A stretch of 64,000 bases of DNA. It comes from an uncultured Candidatus Rokubacteria bacterium. GTDB lineage: Bacteria > Methylomirabilota > Methylomirabilia > Rokubacteriales > CSP1-6. The translations under genes were made by a program, and so were the position numbers. Below, in pieces: positions 37,585 to 47,050 of the stretch (its first letter is position 1; every line of letters starts with the position of its first letter). The stretch lies in assembly GCA_963758635.1 (NCBI GenBank), contig CAVWWD010000005.1, forward strand, positions 672,001-736,000. The letters are read 5' to 3'. Below the pieces are notes generated by a model, which worked only from the letters and a program-made list of their open reading frames with translations, made no database searches and had not been told where the DNA came from.

Positions 37585-38420
37585 CTAGGCGGCCGGGCTC
37601 ACGTCGCGGCGCGCTTCACGCCGCCGCGAGCGGACGAAGACGACGGTCGCCGCGACGGTCCCCAGCCCGATCAACAGGAGGGAGGCTGGCATGGGCACCG
37701 ATGTGGTCGCGTGCCGCAGTCGCCCTGGACGCAGCCCTCAGTGTCGGCGCCGGTGGCGGTCCCGAACGAGAACACCACGCCGCTGATCGTGGAGGCGCTG
37801 GTCAGCCCCGCGATGGTCAGGTTGAACGTGACCGGCCCGAACAGGAACGGATTGTGCGGCCCGTTGTTGGCGATGCTGCCGTTGGCGTTCGTGTAGAAGC
37901 CAGAGCCGGCCGCCGGGCCGATGATCGTGTTCTCTGGGTTGACCGTCGGCGCGGAGACCACCGTGCCACCCGCGGGACAGATCACGCACAGGGTGAAGCC
38001 GGTGCCGAGCCCGAACGGCACTGAGAAGCTCTCGATGAGACCCCAGCCCGTCGCCACGGACCCGTTGTCGGTGAACGGATTGTTGTTGCTGCCCTTCCCG
38101 GCCTTCCCGACCGAGCGCGACGTGCCGGAGCTCGACGTGATGCCACCGCCCGTGCCCACGACGGTCTGTCCCGAGCTGATGACGAAGTCGAGATCGCTCA
38201 GGTTCTGGATGACGCTGGTTGGATTGCCTTGCAGATTGTTCACGACGATCTGGAGCGAGTTCGTCCCGGTCGTGAACGTGGCCGAGACGTCGACCGGAAG
38301 GCTTCCGTGCGTCGACCCGGCCGGCGTCGTGTACGTGATCACCCCCGCGGGTGCCGGCACCGCCATGCCGAGCACCATCGTCGCGGCCGCTGCCCATCCG
38401 AGTATCCTGCCTCGCCTCAA
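37585..38420 (-). CDS. Exosortase substrate (VPMPA / VPLPA-CTERM-like) surface protein, paralog A; frameshift at ~37710
   Basis: GGAGGAG RBS and TTG start, signal peptide; adjacent frame gives VPMPASLLLIGLGTVAATVVFVRSRRREARRDVSPAA*. Confidence 0.85.
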
Positions 38421-38480
38421 AGCGCACCCTCCTCCGGGTTCGAGTCTTGTCGTGCTGCTTGTCTCGCAGAAGGAGGACTA

Positions 38481-38576
38481 AGCGAAACACGTGCCAGAGA
38501 TTTCGGGTCGGGCTTCCAGGTACTTGTGCGGACAGATCGGAACTGCCTCGCCATTGTCAGCAAGGTTTTGCCAACA
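38481..38576 (-). promoter_or_regulatory. Sigma-54 promoter with IHF-like site and enhancer-like motif (paralog A)
   Basis: TGGCACGTGTTTCGCT at 38496-38481; TTCCAGGTACTTG at 38514-38526; GCAAGGTTTTGCCAACA at 38560-38576. Confidence 0.75.
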
Positions 38577-38780
38577 AGCGTCAACGGACGGGGAGAGCGT
38601 GCGTCGGCCGGCGAGCTCGTTTACGAGGGGGAGAGTTTCGGCGGGCGCTCAGCGGACCTCAGGCGCGACCCACCCCGGGCTGTTCGAGCGCGACGACAGC
38701 CGAGCCGTCGAGCGCCAGCGCCCTCTCGTGGGTGAGAGGGCGGTGACTGCCGCGCGCTGGCTCCACAGCGGCCGGGAAGG

Positions 38781-39584
38781 CTAGGCGACCGGGCTCACGC
38801 CGGGGCGCGCTTCACGCCGCCGCGAGCGGATGAAGACGCCCGCCGCGACGACGGTCCCCAGCCCGACCATCAAGACGGAGGGCGGCAGGGGCACCCGCGT
38901 GCCCGGGGTATCGTTGCCCGCCGTCGTGCCGAAGGAGAACACGACACCGGTGATCGTGGACTCGCTTGTGAGGCCGGCGATGGTCAGGTTGAACGTGACC
39001 GGCCCGAACAGGAACGGGTTGTGCGAGTCGTTGTTAGCGATGCTGCCGTTGGCGTTCGTGTAGAAGTTGGAGCCCGCCGGCGGACCGATGATGGTGTGCT
39101 CGGGCGGCCCCGTCGGGGCGGTGACCTCGGTACCGCCGGCGGGGCAGATCAAGCACAGGGTGAAGCCCGTGCCGAGCCCGAACGGCAACGAGAAGCTCTC
39201 GCGCAGCCCCCAGCCGGTCGCCACGAGCGAGCCGTCACTGAAGGGATTGTCGTTGCCCTTCCCCGCCTTTCCGACACTTCGCTCCAAGCCGGAGCTGGAG
39301 TCGATGCCGCCGCCCGTGCCGACCACGGTCTGTCCCGTGCTGATGACGAAGTCGAGGTCGCTCAGGTTCTGGATGACGCTGGTCGGATTGGCCTGGAGGT
39401 TGTTCACGACGACCTGGAGCGAGTTCGTCCCGGTCGTAAACTGCGCCGACACGTTGACGGGAAGACCGGCCTGCGTCGATCCGGGCAGGGTCGTGTACGT
39501 GATCACCGCCGCCGGAACCGGCACCGCCACACCCAGCACCATCGTCGCGGCCACTGCCCATCCGATAAACCTGGCTGGCTTCAA
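38781..39584 (-). CDS. Exosortase substrate (VPLP-CTERM-like) surface protein, paralog B
   Basis: GGAGGAG RBS and TTG start, signal peptide, Thr/Gly/Asn-rich; C-terminal VPLPPSVLMVGLGTVVAAGVFIRSRRR. Confidence 0.88.
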   Translation of the reverse strand: MKPARFIGWAVAATMVLGVAVPVPAAVITYTTLPGSTQAGLPVNVSAQFTTGTNSLQVVVNNLQANPTSVIQNLSDLDFVISTGQTVVGTGGGIDSSSGLERSVGKAGKGNDNPFSDGSLVATGWGLRESFSLPFGLGTGFTLCLICPAGGTEVTAPTGPPEHTIIGPPAGSNFYTNANGSIANNDSHNPFLFGPVTFNLTIAGLTSESTITGVVFSFGTTAGNDTPGTRVPLPPSVLMVGLGTVVAAGVFIRSRRREARPGVSPVA

Positions 39585-39648
39585 GAGCGCTCCTCCTCCG
39601 AGTGCGATCCGAGTTTCGTTGAGCTGCATCGAATCGCTAGAAAGAAGG

Positions 39649-39777
39649 AGCGAAATACGTGCCACGATCTCGAAGGGCAGTATTACAGGTACTTATGATG
39701 CTGTATAGGAATTACCCCGGCCTGTTTGTAAGGTTTTCCTACATCTCCCCCTACATACTCCCCCCTACATCTCCCCC
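39649..39777 (-). promoter_or_regulatory. Sigma-54 promoter with IHF-like site, palindromic enhancer and repeated half-sites (paralog B)
   Basis: TGGCACGTATTTCGCT at 39664-39649; TTACAGGTACTTA at ~39683-39695; TGTAAGGTTTTCCTACA at 39727-39743; CTACATCTCCCC x3 at 39739-39777. Confidence 0.75.
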
Positions 39778-39795
39778 GGAGCGGGAAGGCTCGCA

Positions 39796-42700
39796 TCAGC
39801 CGCCGAGCTCTTTGATCGTGGCGCCGAGCTTTTCCCTCTCGGCGAGCGCCGGATCGAGCTGACCCGCCCGGCGCAGGACGAACACGGCGTCGCTCTTCTT
39901 GCCGAGCCGCTGATACGTCAGCCCGAGGTGATAGTGGGCGATGGCGTTGGCGGGGCCGCGCTCCACGGCCTCGGACAGCACCTTCTCGGCCTCGCGTAGG
40001 CGCCGAGCCGGTAGTGGATCCAGCCCAGCGTGTCGAGCACGTCGGGTGAGCGGGGCGCGATCTTCGCGGCGCTGCTTCGCGAGCGGCAGGGCGTCGGCCG
40101 GCGCGCGGCGGACCTCGGCCACGATCCACGCCAGGTTGTTCAGCGCGACAACGTCCGAGGCGTCGAGCGCCAGCGCCTTCTCGTAGCTGGCGCGCGCGCG
40201 CTCCGTCTGGTTCACCGCCTGATAGGCCTGGCCGAGCCACCGGTGCGCTTCGGGAAGATCCGGCCTCATGCGGACCGCGGACTCCAGGGGCGCGACTGCC
40301 GCCTGGGGCTTCTTCTGATCGAGGAGCACGCGACCCTTCAGCAGCGCGGGCTCGGCCTTCCCGGGAGCCAGACGCTCGAGCTCCAGCGCGGCGGCCGACG
40401 CCTCCTCGACCCTCCCCTCTTGCGCGTAGAGGTGACCGAGGCGGTACCGCGCCTCGATCCGCCCGGGATCGATGGCGAGGGCTGCCTCCAGGCGAGCGAC
40501 GGCGTCCTGCGGACGCCCGCGCGCCTCGTAGAGCCGCGCCAGGAGCAGGTTCGCCTCCACGTGCGACGGATTCGACCGGACCGCAGCCTCCAGATGGGTC
40601 ATCGCCCGATCGGGCTTGCCCTGATCGAGGGCGATCCGCGCAGCGAGGACGTTCGCGCCGACGTGCCGCGGGGCGACGGCGAGGATGCGATCGATCTCCG
40701 CCTGAGCTCGCGACAGGTCGCGCTGCAGCAGGAGCATCCGGACCAGCGACTCGCGAAGCTCCACGTTCTTCGGCTCGCGCTCGATGGCCGCCTGGAGCGC
40801 GGCGGTCTGCCGCCGCTCCGCCTCGCCCGGCGGCTGCCCGGTGAGCGCGTTCAGCTCGGCGCGCGCGGCGACCAGGGACGGGTCGAGCTTGAGCGCGGCC
40901 TCGTACGCCGCGCGGGCCTCGGCGGTGCGGCCGAGGGCCACGTGCGCGTGCGCGAGGTAGTACTGCGCCTGCTCCGAGCCGGGATTCGCCGCGGCCACCG
41001 CCGCGATGTCCTTGAGGCCCGCGCCGGCATCCCCCTTGGCGATCAGGGCCCGGCCCCGGATCAGCCGGGCCGCCTCGAGGGACGGACGCTCGCGCGCCAC
41101 CTCGCCCATGAGCTCGATGGCGGCGTCGTGGCGTCCCGTCCTCACGTATGCCTCGCCCAGCATGAGGGCGAACACCGGGGCCCGCTGACTCTCCTTGCTG
41201 GCCGCCTCCAGGACGGGCAACGCGAGGTCGGTCCGCCCCTGGCGCGCATAGAGGCTGACGAGGAGCAGGACGGCGCTCGTGTGGGCGGGCTGCTTCGCCA
41301 CCACCTCGCGGAGGTGCCCGATCGCCTCGTCCTCGCGGCTCCGCCGCAGCGCGATGGCGGTCAGGCCGAGGTGCGACTCGACCCCTCCCGGAGACACTTC
41401 CGCTTCCTTCCGGAAGGCCTCCGCGGCGGCATCCAGTCGCCCCGCCGCGTAGCGGTAGGTTCCGAGCAGGGCGTGGAGCCCCCGCGTGCGCGGGGCCGAC
41501 TTGACCGCATCCTCCAGGAAGCGGACGGCCTCGTCGGCGCGGCCGGCTGCGGCGAGCGCCTGGGCCTTCTCGCGGGCCGCCGCCAGCGAGCGGGGCGACG
41601 CCTTCACGGCCGCGTCGAACTCGGCGAGCGCGGCGCCGGACTCTCCCGCCGCGAGGTGTAGACGTCCGAGGGCGAGGCGCGTGGGCTCGAAGGAAGGATC
41701 CAGCGCCACGGCCCGCCCCAGCAACTCCCGCGCGCCCGCCGTATCTCCCCGCTGCAGCCGGATCTCGCCGAGCAACAGATGCGGCTGCGGTGTCGTGGGC
41801 GCCAGTCGCCGCGCGGTCTCGGCGGCGCGCTGCGCCTCGTCCAGGCGCCTCAGCAGCACGAGGGCGTGACCGCGCACGAGGTGGTACTCGGACACGCCGT
41901 CCAGCGTGGCCGCCATGGATCGCGTGTCGAGCCGGGCCAGCGCCTGGGCCGGGCGGCCGGTCAGCGTCTCGGCCTGGGCGAGACGGAGCTGGACGGATGG
42001 CTCGGCCGGCGTCTGCTTGGCGAGCTCCTCGAACGCCCGGCGCGCATCCTCCGGAGATCCGGCGTTCAGGTACGCGACGCCGAGGAGGAACCGGGCCTGG
42101 ACGTGGCTGGGCACCTGCGTGACGACGGGGGCGAGCACCGCCACCGCGTCGGTCGCGCGGCCCGCCTCGATGTAGTAGAGCGCCAGCGCGTTCACGAGCA
42201 CCGCGTTGCGGGCGCGCGGCGGGATCACCTCGAGCGCCGCGATGGCCTCGTCCACGCGTCCCAGCCGTGCCTGCGTCATCGCCACCCCGACGAGGACCCG
42301 CGGATCGTCGGGGCTCAGCCGCTTGGCCTCCTGGTACAGACGCGCCGCCTCGGCGTAGTCCTTCCGATCGAAGGCGATGGCGCCGAGGCCGGCCAGGCTC
42401 CGCGCATCGGCAGGATTCCGCGCGCGCGATCGCTCGAGCGCGGCCACCGCCTGGTCGACCCGCCCGAGCTGGAGCAGGGCCTGGGCGCGAGTCAGCTCCA
42501 GCTCCGCGGGCTGAGGCTCCGGTACGGCGGCCAGCAGCGACAGGGCCTCGGCCGCCTTCTGACGCCCGAGGAGCGCGGCGGCCCGGACGTACAGCGCGTC
42601 GGGGCTTCGCGGATCCTTCGCGAGGATCTCGTCGGCGGCGGCGGTGGCGGCGTCCCAGTCGCCGACCTCGACCAGGGCGCGGGCATAGTCGACCGCGATG

Positions 42701-43017
42701 GGCAGGGACTGCGGAGCGAGCCGGTGCGCCCGTCCGAGCTCCCGGGTCGCGTCGAAGAACCAGAACTTCCGTGCGAAGGTTTGACCGAGGGCGTGGAGCG
42801 TCGGGACGTGCTCCTTGTCGGCCTGGAGCGCGGTCTGGAACGTGACGATGGCCTCGCTGAGCTTGCCGTCCTTCAGGTAGCGCTGGCCGGCGGCGTACGC
42901 CTCGTCGCGCTGGGCCTGGGGGCTCTTGGTGCAGCCGGCCCCGATCAGCGCGAGCGCGCACAGGACGAGCGCGGCACAGGGGCGCGCCATGGTTCGAGCG
43001 GCGGAGAGCATGCGCAT
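39796..43017 (-). CDS. Large TPR-repeat lipoprotein (PrsT-like PEP-CTERM system TPR protein); compensating frameshift pair at ~40073 and ~39992
   Basis: Hydrophobic leader ending IGAGC; over 20 TPR-like motifs; ALNNLAW, DTLGW (in the shifted frame) and AHYHLG C-terminal pattern; adjacent to exosortase substrates. Confidence 0.78.
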   Translation of the reverse strand: MRMLSAARTMARPCAALVLCALALIGAGCTKSPQAQRDEAYAAGQRYLKDGKLSEAIVTFQTALQADKEHVPTLHALGQTFARKFWFFDATRELGRAHRLAPQSLPIAVDYARALVEVGDWDAATAAADEILAKDPRSPDALYVRAAALLGRQKAAEALSLLAAVPEPQPAELELTRAQALLQLGRVDQAVAALERSRARNPADARSLAGLGAIAFDRKDYAEAARLYQEAKRLSPDDPRVLVGVAMTQARLGRVDEAIAALEVIPPRARNAVLVNALALYYIEAGRATDAVAVLAPVVTQVPSHVQARFLLGVAYLNAGSPEDARRAFEELAKQTPAEPSVQLRLAQAETLTGRPAQALARLDTRSMAATLDGVSEYHLVRGHALVLLRRLDEAQRAAETARRLAPTTPQPHLLLGEIRLQRGDTAGARELLGRAVALDPSFEPTRLALGRLHLAAGESGAALAEFDAAVKASPRSLAAAREKAQALAAAGRADEAVRFLEDAVKSAPRTRGLHALLGTYRYAAGRLDAAAEAFRKEAEVSPGGVESHLGLTAIALRRSREDEAIGHLREVVAKQPAHTSAVLLLVSLYARQGRTDLALPVLEAASKESQRAPVFALMLGEAYVRTGRHDAAIELMGEVARERPSLEAARLIRGRALIAKGDAGAGLKDIAAVAAANPGSEQAQYYLAHAHVALGRTAEARAAYEAALKLDPSLVAARAELNALTGQPPGEAERRQTAALQAAIEREPKNVELRESLVRMLLLQRDLSRAQAEIDRILAVAPRHVGANVLAARIALDQGKPDRAMTHLEAAVRSNPSHVEANLLLARLYEARGRPQDAVARLEAALAIDPGRIEARYRLGHLYAQEGRVEEASAAALELERLAPGKAEPALLKGRVLLDQKKPQAAVAPLESAVRMRPDLPEAHRWLGQAYQAVNQTERARASYEKALALDASDVVALNNLAWIVAEVRRAPADALPLAKQRREDRAPLTRRARHAGLDPLPARRLREAEKVLSEAVERGPANAIAHYHLGLTYQRLGKKSDAVFVLRRAGQLDPALAEREKLGATIKELGG

Positions 43018-43086
43018 GGGCCTTCCGTCCACTCTATCAGCGCGGGCGGGCGCGCCCCACCAACCATGACGAGCGTTCGATGGGGG

Positions 43087-43132
43087 AAAACCGGTGGCGG
43101 GCGGGCCCCGCCTGGGGTCCGGCCGCCACCGG
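43087..43132 (-). terminator. Putative terminator after the LLM gene
   Basis: CCGGTGGCGG..CCGCCACCGG stem followed by TTTT on the minus strand. Confidence 0.5.
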
Positions 43133-43150
43133 CGCGACCGCGGCGAGGGG

Positions 43151-44297
43151 CTACTTCTTGAGCTTCGGGATGACGTGCTTGCCGAACATCTCGATCGACG
43201 ACATGACCCGCTCGTGAGGCACGGTCTCCGTCGCCATGAGGAACTGGAGCTCGTCCACGCCCGCCTCCTCGTGGATGCGGATCGCGCGCAGGCAGTCCTC
43301 GGGATCGCCGGCCACGAGCACGCCCCGCTGGGCGAGCGTCTCGGCGTCGATCTGGTTCCAGAGCGCGGAGGCGATCTGCCCCGATCCCCCGGAGAGATCG
43401 ACCTCGGGCGCGCCCGTCGGCCCGTCGCCCTTGAGGTACCGGGAGAAGTTCGCGCGCAGGTGATCCGGCACCCCGCCCCACGACTCGACGAGCTGCTCGT
43501 ACAGATGCGTCTGGTCCTTGAGGTACGGCCGGTCCGGCCCGAAGAACGTCCGCAGCGACTTCGCGGCCAGCTCGCGCGCCGCCGGCCCGTCCGCGTCGCA
43601 GAAGGCCATGGTGGAGCTGAGCCACTGGTCGTTGATGAACTTGCCCACCGGCTTCGCCTGCCGCACCCGCTCCTTGTACTCCTTGATGTGCGGCGCCAGG
43701 TACGAGGGCGCGGCCACGGAGAGCGCCATGACCCCGATGCCCTTCTCCGCGGCGAGCTGGTACGTGGCGGGCTGGAGCGCGGCCACCCAGATGCGCGGGT
43801 GCGGCTTCTGGTACGGCTTCGGGCGCACCTCGCGCGGCGGCACGTTCCAGTACCGGCCCTTCCACTCGAAGAGCCCTTCCTCCCAGACCCGCGGGATCAT
43901 CTCGAGCGACTCTTCCCACATCCCCCGCGTCTCCCGCGGGTCGATGCCCATGCCGGTCTGCTCGTAGGGCGCGGAGCGCCCGGTGCCGAACTCCACGCGC
44001 CCGCCGGAGAGGTGATCGACCATGGCCACCCGCTCGGCCACCCGCACCGGGTGGTGGTAGGGCAGGATCACCACGCCGAAGCCGAGGCGAATGCGCTTGG
44101 TGAGCCGGCTGAGCGCCCCGAAGATGACCTCCGGGCACGGCGACCCGGAGAAGCCGGTGAGGAAGTGGTGCTCGACGAACCACACGGCGTCGAAGCCCAT
44201 CTCGTCGGCGCGCACGCACTGCTCGATGGTCTCCTCGACGACGGCGTGGTCGTCGACCACCGGCCGCTGCATCTCGTAGGCGAGGCGAAAGTCTCAT
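43151..44297 (-). CDS. LLM class flavin-dependent oxidoreductase; frameshift near the start (~44288)
   Basis: ATG 44297 then LAYEMQRP; GFDAVWFVEHHF, HPVRVAERVAMVDHLSGGRVEFGTGRS, PKPYQKPHP. Confidence 0.88.
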
Positions 44298-44325
44298 GCG
44301 ATGGATGTCTCCGGGCGCGACGCGC

Positions 44326-45513
44326 TCAGATCACGCCGCGCTTGGCGAGGTCCGCCATCTGGTCCGTGGTGTAGCCGAGGGCTCCGAGCACCTCCTCGTT
44401 GTCCTGGCCGAGCTCGGGCGCGGACGCCCGCAGCGCCGGGCGCCGGGCGCCGTGCGAGACGGGGTGCCCGAGGATGGTCAGCTCGCCCAGGGCCTTGGAC
44501 TGCACCTTCTGGGCCATCTCGAGGTGCCGCACCTGGGGATCGTTGAACGACTCGTCGATGTGGTAGATCGGCCCGCACGGCACGCCGGCGTCGTTCAGGA
44601 TCCTGATCCAGTCCGCGCTCGACTTCTTCCGCGTCACCGGCATGAGGAGGTCCATCAGCGTGTCGCGGTTCTTGAGCCGCGCCTTCGAGGTGGCGAAGCG
44701 CGGGTCGGTCAGGAGGTCCTCGCGCTCGATCGCCTTGCAGAAGCGCGTGTAGAGGTCCTCGCCGCTCGCCGCGATGTTGATGTGGCCGTCCGACGTCTCG
44801 AACACGCCGGTGGGGATGCCCGTGGGGTGGTTGTTGCCGGCCTGCGGCGCGCGCTCGCCGCTCATCAGCCACCGCGAGGCCTGGAAGTCCAGCATCGACA
44901 GCATGGCCTCGAGCAGCGACGTGTGCACCCACTTGCCCTGCCCCGTGATCTCGCGCTCGATGAGGGCGACCAGGATGCCCTGGGCGAGGAAGATGCCCGA
45001 GCACAGGTCGGCGATGGGGATGCCGACGCGCACCGGCCCCTGCCCCTCGAGGCCGGTGATCGACATGAGCCCGCCCATGCCCTGCGCGATCTGGTCGACG
45101 CCGGGCCGGTCGCGGTACGGCCCGCTCTGGCCGAAGCCGGAGATGCTGCCGTAGATCAGGCGCGGGTTGATCGGACGGAGCTGCTCGTAGTCGATGCCGA
45201 GCCGCCGCTTCACGTCGGGCCGATAGTTCTCGACCACGATGTCGGCCTTCGCGGCCAGCTTCTTGAAGATGGCCACGGCCTCCGGGTCGCGGAGGTTCAG
45301 CGTGATGCCCTTCTTGTTCCGGTGCAGGTTCTGGAAGTCGAAGCCGTGGCGGTTGCCGCCCATGCCGTCGCCCGTGCGCCCGCCCGGCATCTCGATCTTG
45401 ATCGCCGTCGCTCCCCAGTCGACGAGCTGCCGCACGCAGGTGGGCCCGGCGCGGGCGCGCGTGAGGTCGAGGACGCTGAAGCGAGCGAGGGGGAGCGCGG
45501 TGTTCTCGGCCAT
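44326..45513 (-). CDS. CaiB/BaiF family CoA-transferase (formyl-CoA transferase-like)
   Basis: VLDLTRARAGP, NLHRNKK, VENYRP, SGFGQSGPY, D-QIAQGMGGLMSITG, APELGQDN. Confidence 0.92.
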   Translation of the reverse strand: MAENTALPLARFSVLDLTRARAGPTCVRQLVDWGATAIKIEMPGGRTGDGMGGNRHGFDFQNLHRNKKGITLNLRDPEAVAIFKKLAAKADIVVENYRPDVKRRLGIDYEQLRPINPRLIYGSISGFGQSGPYRDRPGVDQIAQGMGGLMSITGLEGQGPVRVGIPIADLCSGIFLAQGILVALIEREITGQGKWVHTSLLEAMLSMLDFQASRWLMSGERAPQAGNNHPTGIPTGVFETSDGHINIAASGEDLYTRFCKAIEREDLLTDPRFATSKARLKNRDTLMDLLMPVTRKKSSADWIRILNDAGVPCGPIYHIDESFNDPQVRHLEMAQKVQSKALGELTILGHPVSHGARRPALRASAPELGQDNEEVLGALGYTTDQMADLAKRGVI

Positions 45514-45685
45514 GATGTCCTCTCCGTCGGAAAGTGACCGCCGCTCCGCATGATAGTCGACTCCCCGCCGCGGCACCATCCCCGGGCAGTGAGCGTCGAG
45601 GTCCTCGCTGCCGCCGGGCCGGATGAGGTGCCCGCACCCGGTGATAGACTCGCGGCGTCGCGATTCCTTCCAGGAGGTTCCCGTC

Positions 45686-47050
45686 ATGCAGGACGAGCCC
45701 ACTTCGCTGCGCATCGACGATCCCGGCGTGCGGGCGCTGTTCACCGAGCGCGCGCGCTTCCAGGCCTGGCTCGACGTGGAGGCCGCGCTCGCCCAGGCCC
45801 AGGCCGAGCTCGGCATCATCCCGGAGGCGGCGGCGCGCGAGATCACCAGGAAGGCGCACCTCGAGTTCATCGACCTGGACGCGGTCCACGCCGGGCTCGC
45901 GCGCACCGGGCATCCGCTCGTGCCGCTCATCTGGGCGCTGGACCGCGCGTGCGAGGGCGACGCGGGCGGCTACGTCCACTGGGGCGCCACCACCCAGAAC
46001 ATCACGCAGACGGGCCAGCTCCTGCTGCTCCGCCGCGCGCATCACATCTTCCTGCGCCAGCTCGCCACGATCCTCCGGACGCTCGCCGGCCTCGCCGAGC
46101 GCACCAAGGACGCGCTCCTGCCCGGGCGCACGCACGGGCAGCACGCCGTGCCCGCCACGTTCGGCTTCAAGGTGGCGGTGTGGATCGACGAGCTGGCGCG
46201 GCACGCCGAGCGCCTGCAGGCCGCGGAGGGCCGCGTGTTCGTGGCCATGCTGGGCGGCGGCGCGGGGACGCTGGCCTCGCTCGGCGAGGCCGGCCTCGCC
46301 ACCCAGGACGGCATCGCCGCGCGCCTCGGCATGCGCGCGATGGCCGTGCCCGCCCGCACCATCGGCGATCACCAGGCGGAGTACGTCACGCTGCTCGGCC
46401 TGCTCGCCGCCACCGGCAGCAAGATCGGGCGCGAGATCTACACGCTGATGAAGCAGGAGTTCGGCGAGGTGGAGGAGCCCGTCCCCGAGGGCACGGTGGG
46501 CAGCAGCACGATGCCGCAGAAGCGGAACCCGAAGCTCTCGCAGGACATCATCGCGGCGGCGGCGGAGATCCGCGCCCTGGTGCCGCTGGCGCTGGAGGCC
46601 ATGCAGACCGAGCACGAGGCCGACCGCACCACGAGCGTGATGATGGGCCGCGCGCTCGCCCAGTCGTGCGAGCTCACCGGCGACATGCTCCAGCGGCTGG
46701 TCGTGCTGATGGAGGGCCTGCAGGTGTTCCCGGACCGGATGCGGAAGAACCTCGACCTCTCCGGCGGCCTCATCATGGCCGAGGCCCTCATGCTGGAGCT
46801 CGGCAAGCAGATCGGGCGCCAGCGCGCCCACGACGCCGTCTACGAGGCGGCGCAGGGCTCCGTCACGAAGAGCCGGCCGTTCCGCGATCTCCTCGCCGAG
46901 GACCCGCACGTGAGCGCGCGCCTCCGCCCGGACCAGGTCGAGGCGCTCCTCGACCCCGCGCAGTACACCGGCCTCTGCTCCCGGTTCGCCGAGCGCGGCG
47001 CCGTGCGCGCGCGGGAGACGGCGGCGGCCATCACGAGCCGCCTGGGGTGA
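45686..47050 (+). CDS. Adenylosuccinate lyase / 3-carboxy-cis,cis-muconate cycloisomerase family lyase
   Basis: AGGAGG RBS; HWGATTQ, GRTHGQHA, GSSTMPQKRNP fumarase-superfamily signature. Confidence 0.88.
   Translation: MQDEPTSLRIDDPGVRALFTERARFQAWLDVEAALAQAQAELGIIPEAAAREITRKAHLEFIDLDAVHAGLARTGHPLVPLIWALDRACEGDAGGYVHWGATTQNITQTGQLLLLRRAHHIFLRQLATILRTLAGLAERTKDALLPGRTHGQHAVPATFGFKVAVWIDELARHAERLQAAEGRVFVAMLGGGAGTLASLGEAGLATQDGIAARLGMRAMAVPARTIGDHQAEYVTLLGLLAATGSKIGREIYTLMKQEFGEVEEPVPEGTVGSSTMPQKRNPKLSQDIIAAAAEIRALVPLALEAMQTEHEADRTTSVMMGRALAQSCELTGDMLQRLVVLMEGLQVFPDRMRKNLDLSGGLIMAEALMLELGKQIGRQRAHDAVYEAAQGSVTKSRPFRDLLAEDPHVSARLRPDQVEALLDPAQYTGLCSRFAERGAVRARETAAAITSRLG

Noticed and set aside
39585..39665. 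N-terminal extension of paralog B from GTG 39665
   Set aside because: That start lies at the sigma-54 motif; TTG 39584 has an RBS and matches the start of paralog A
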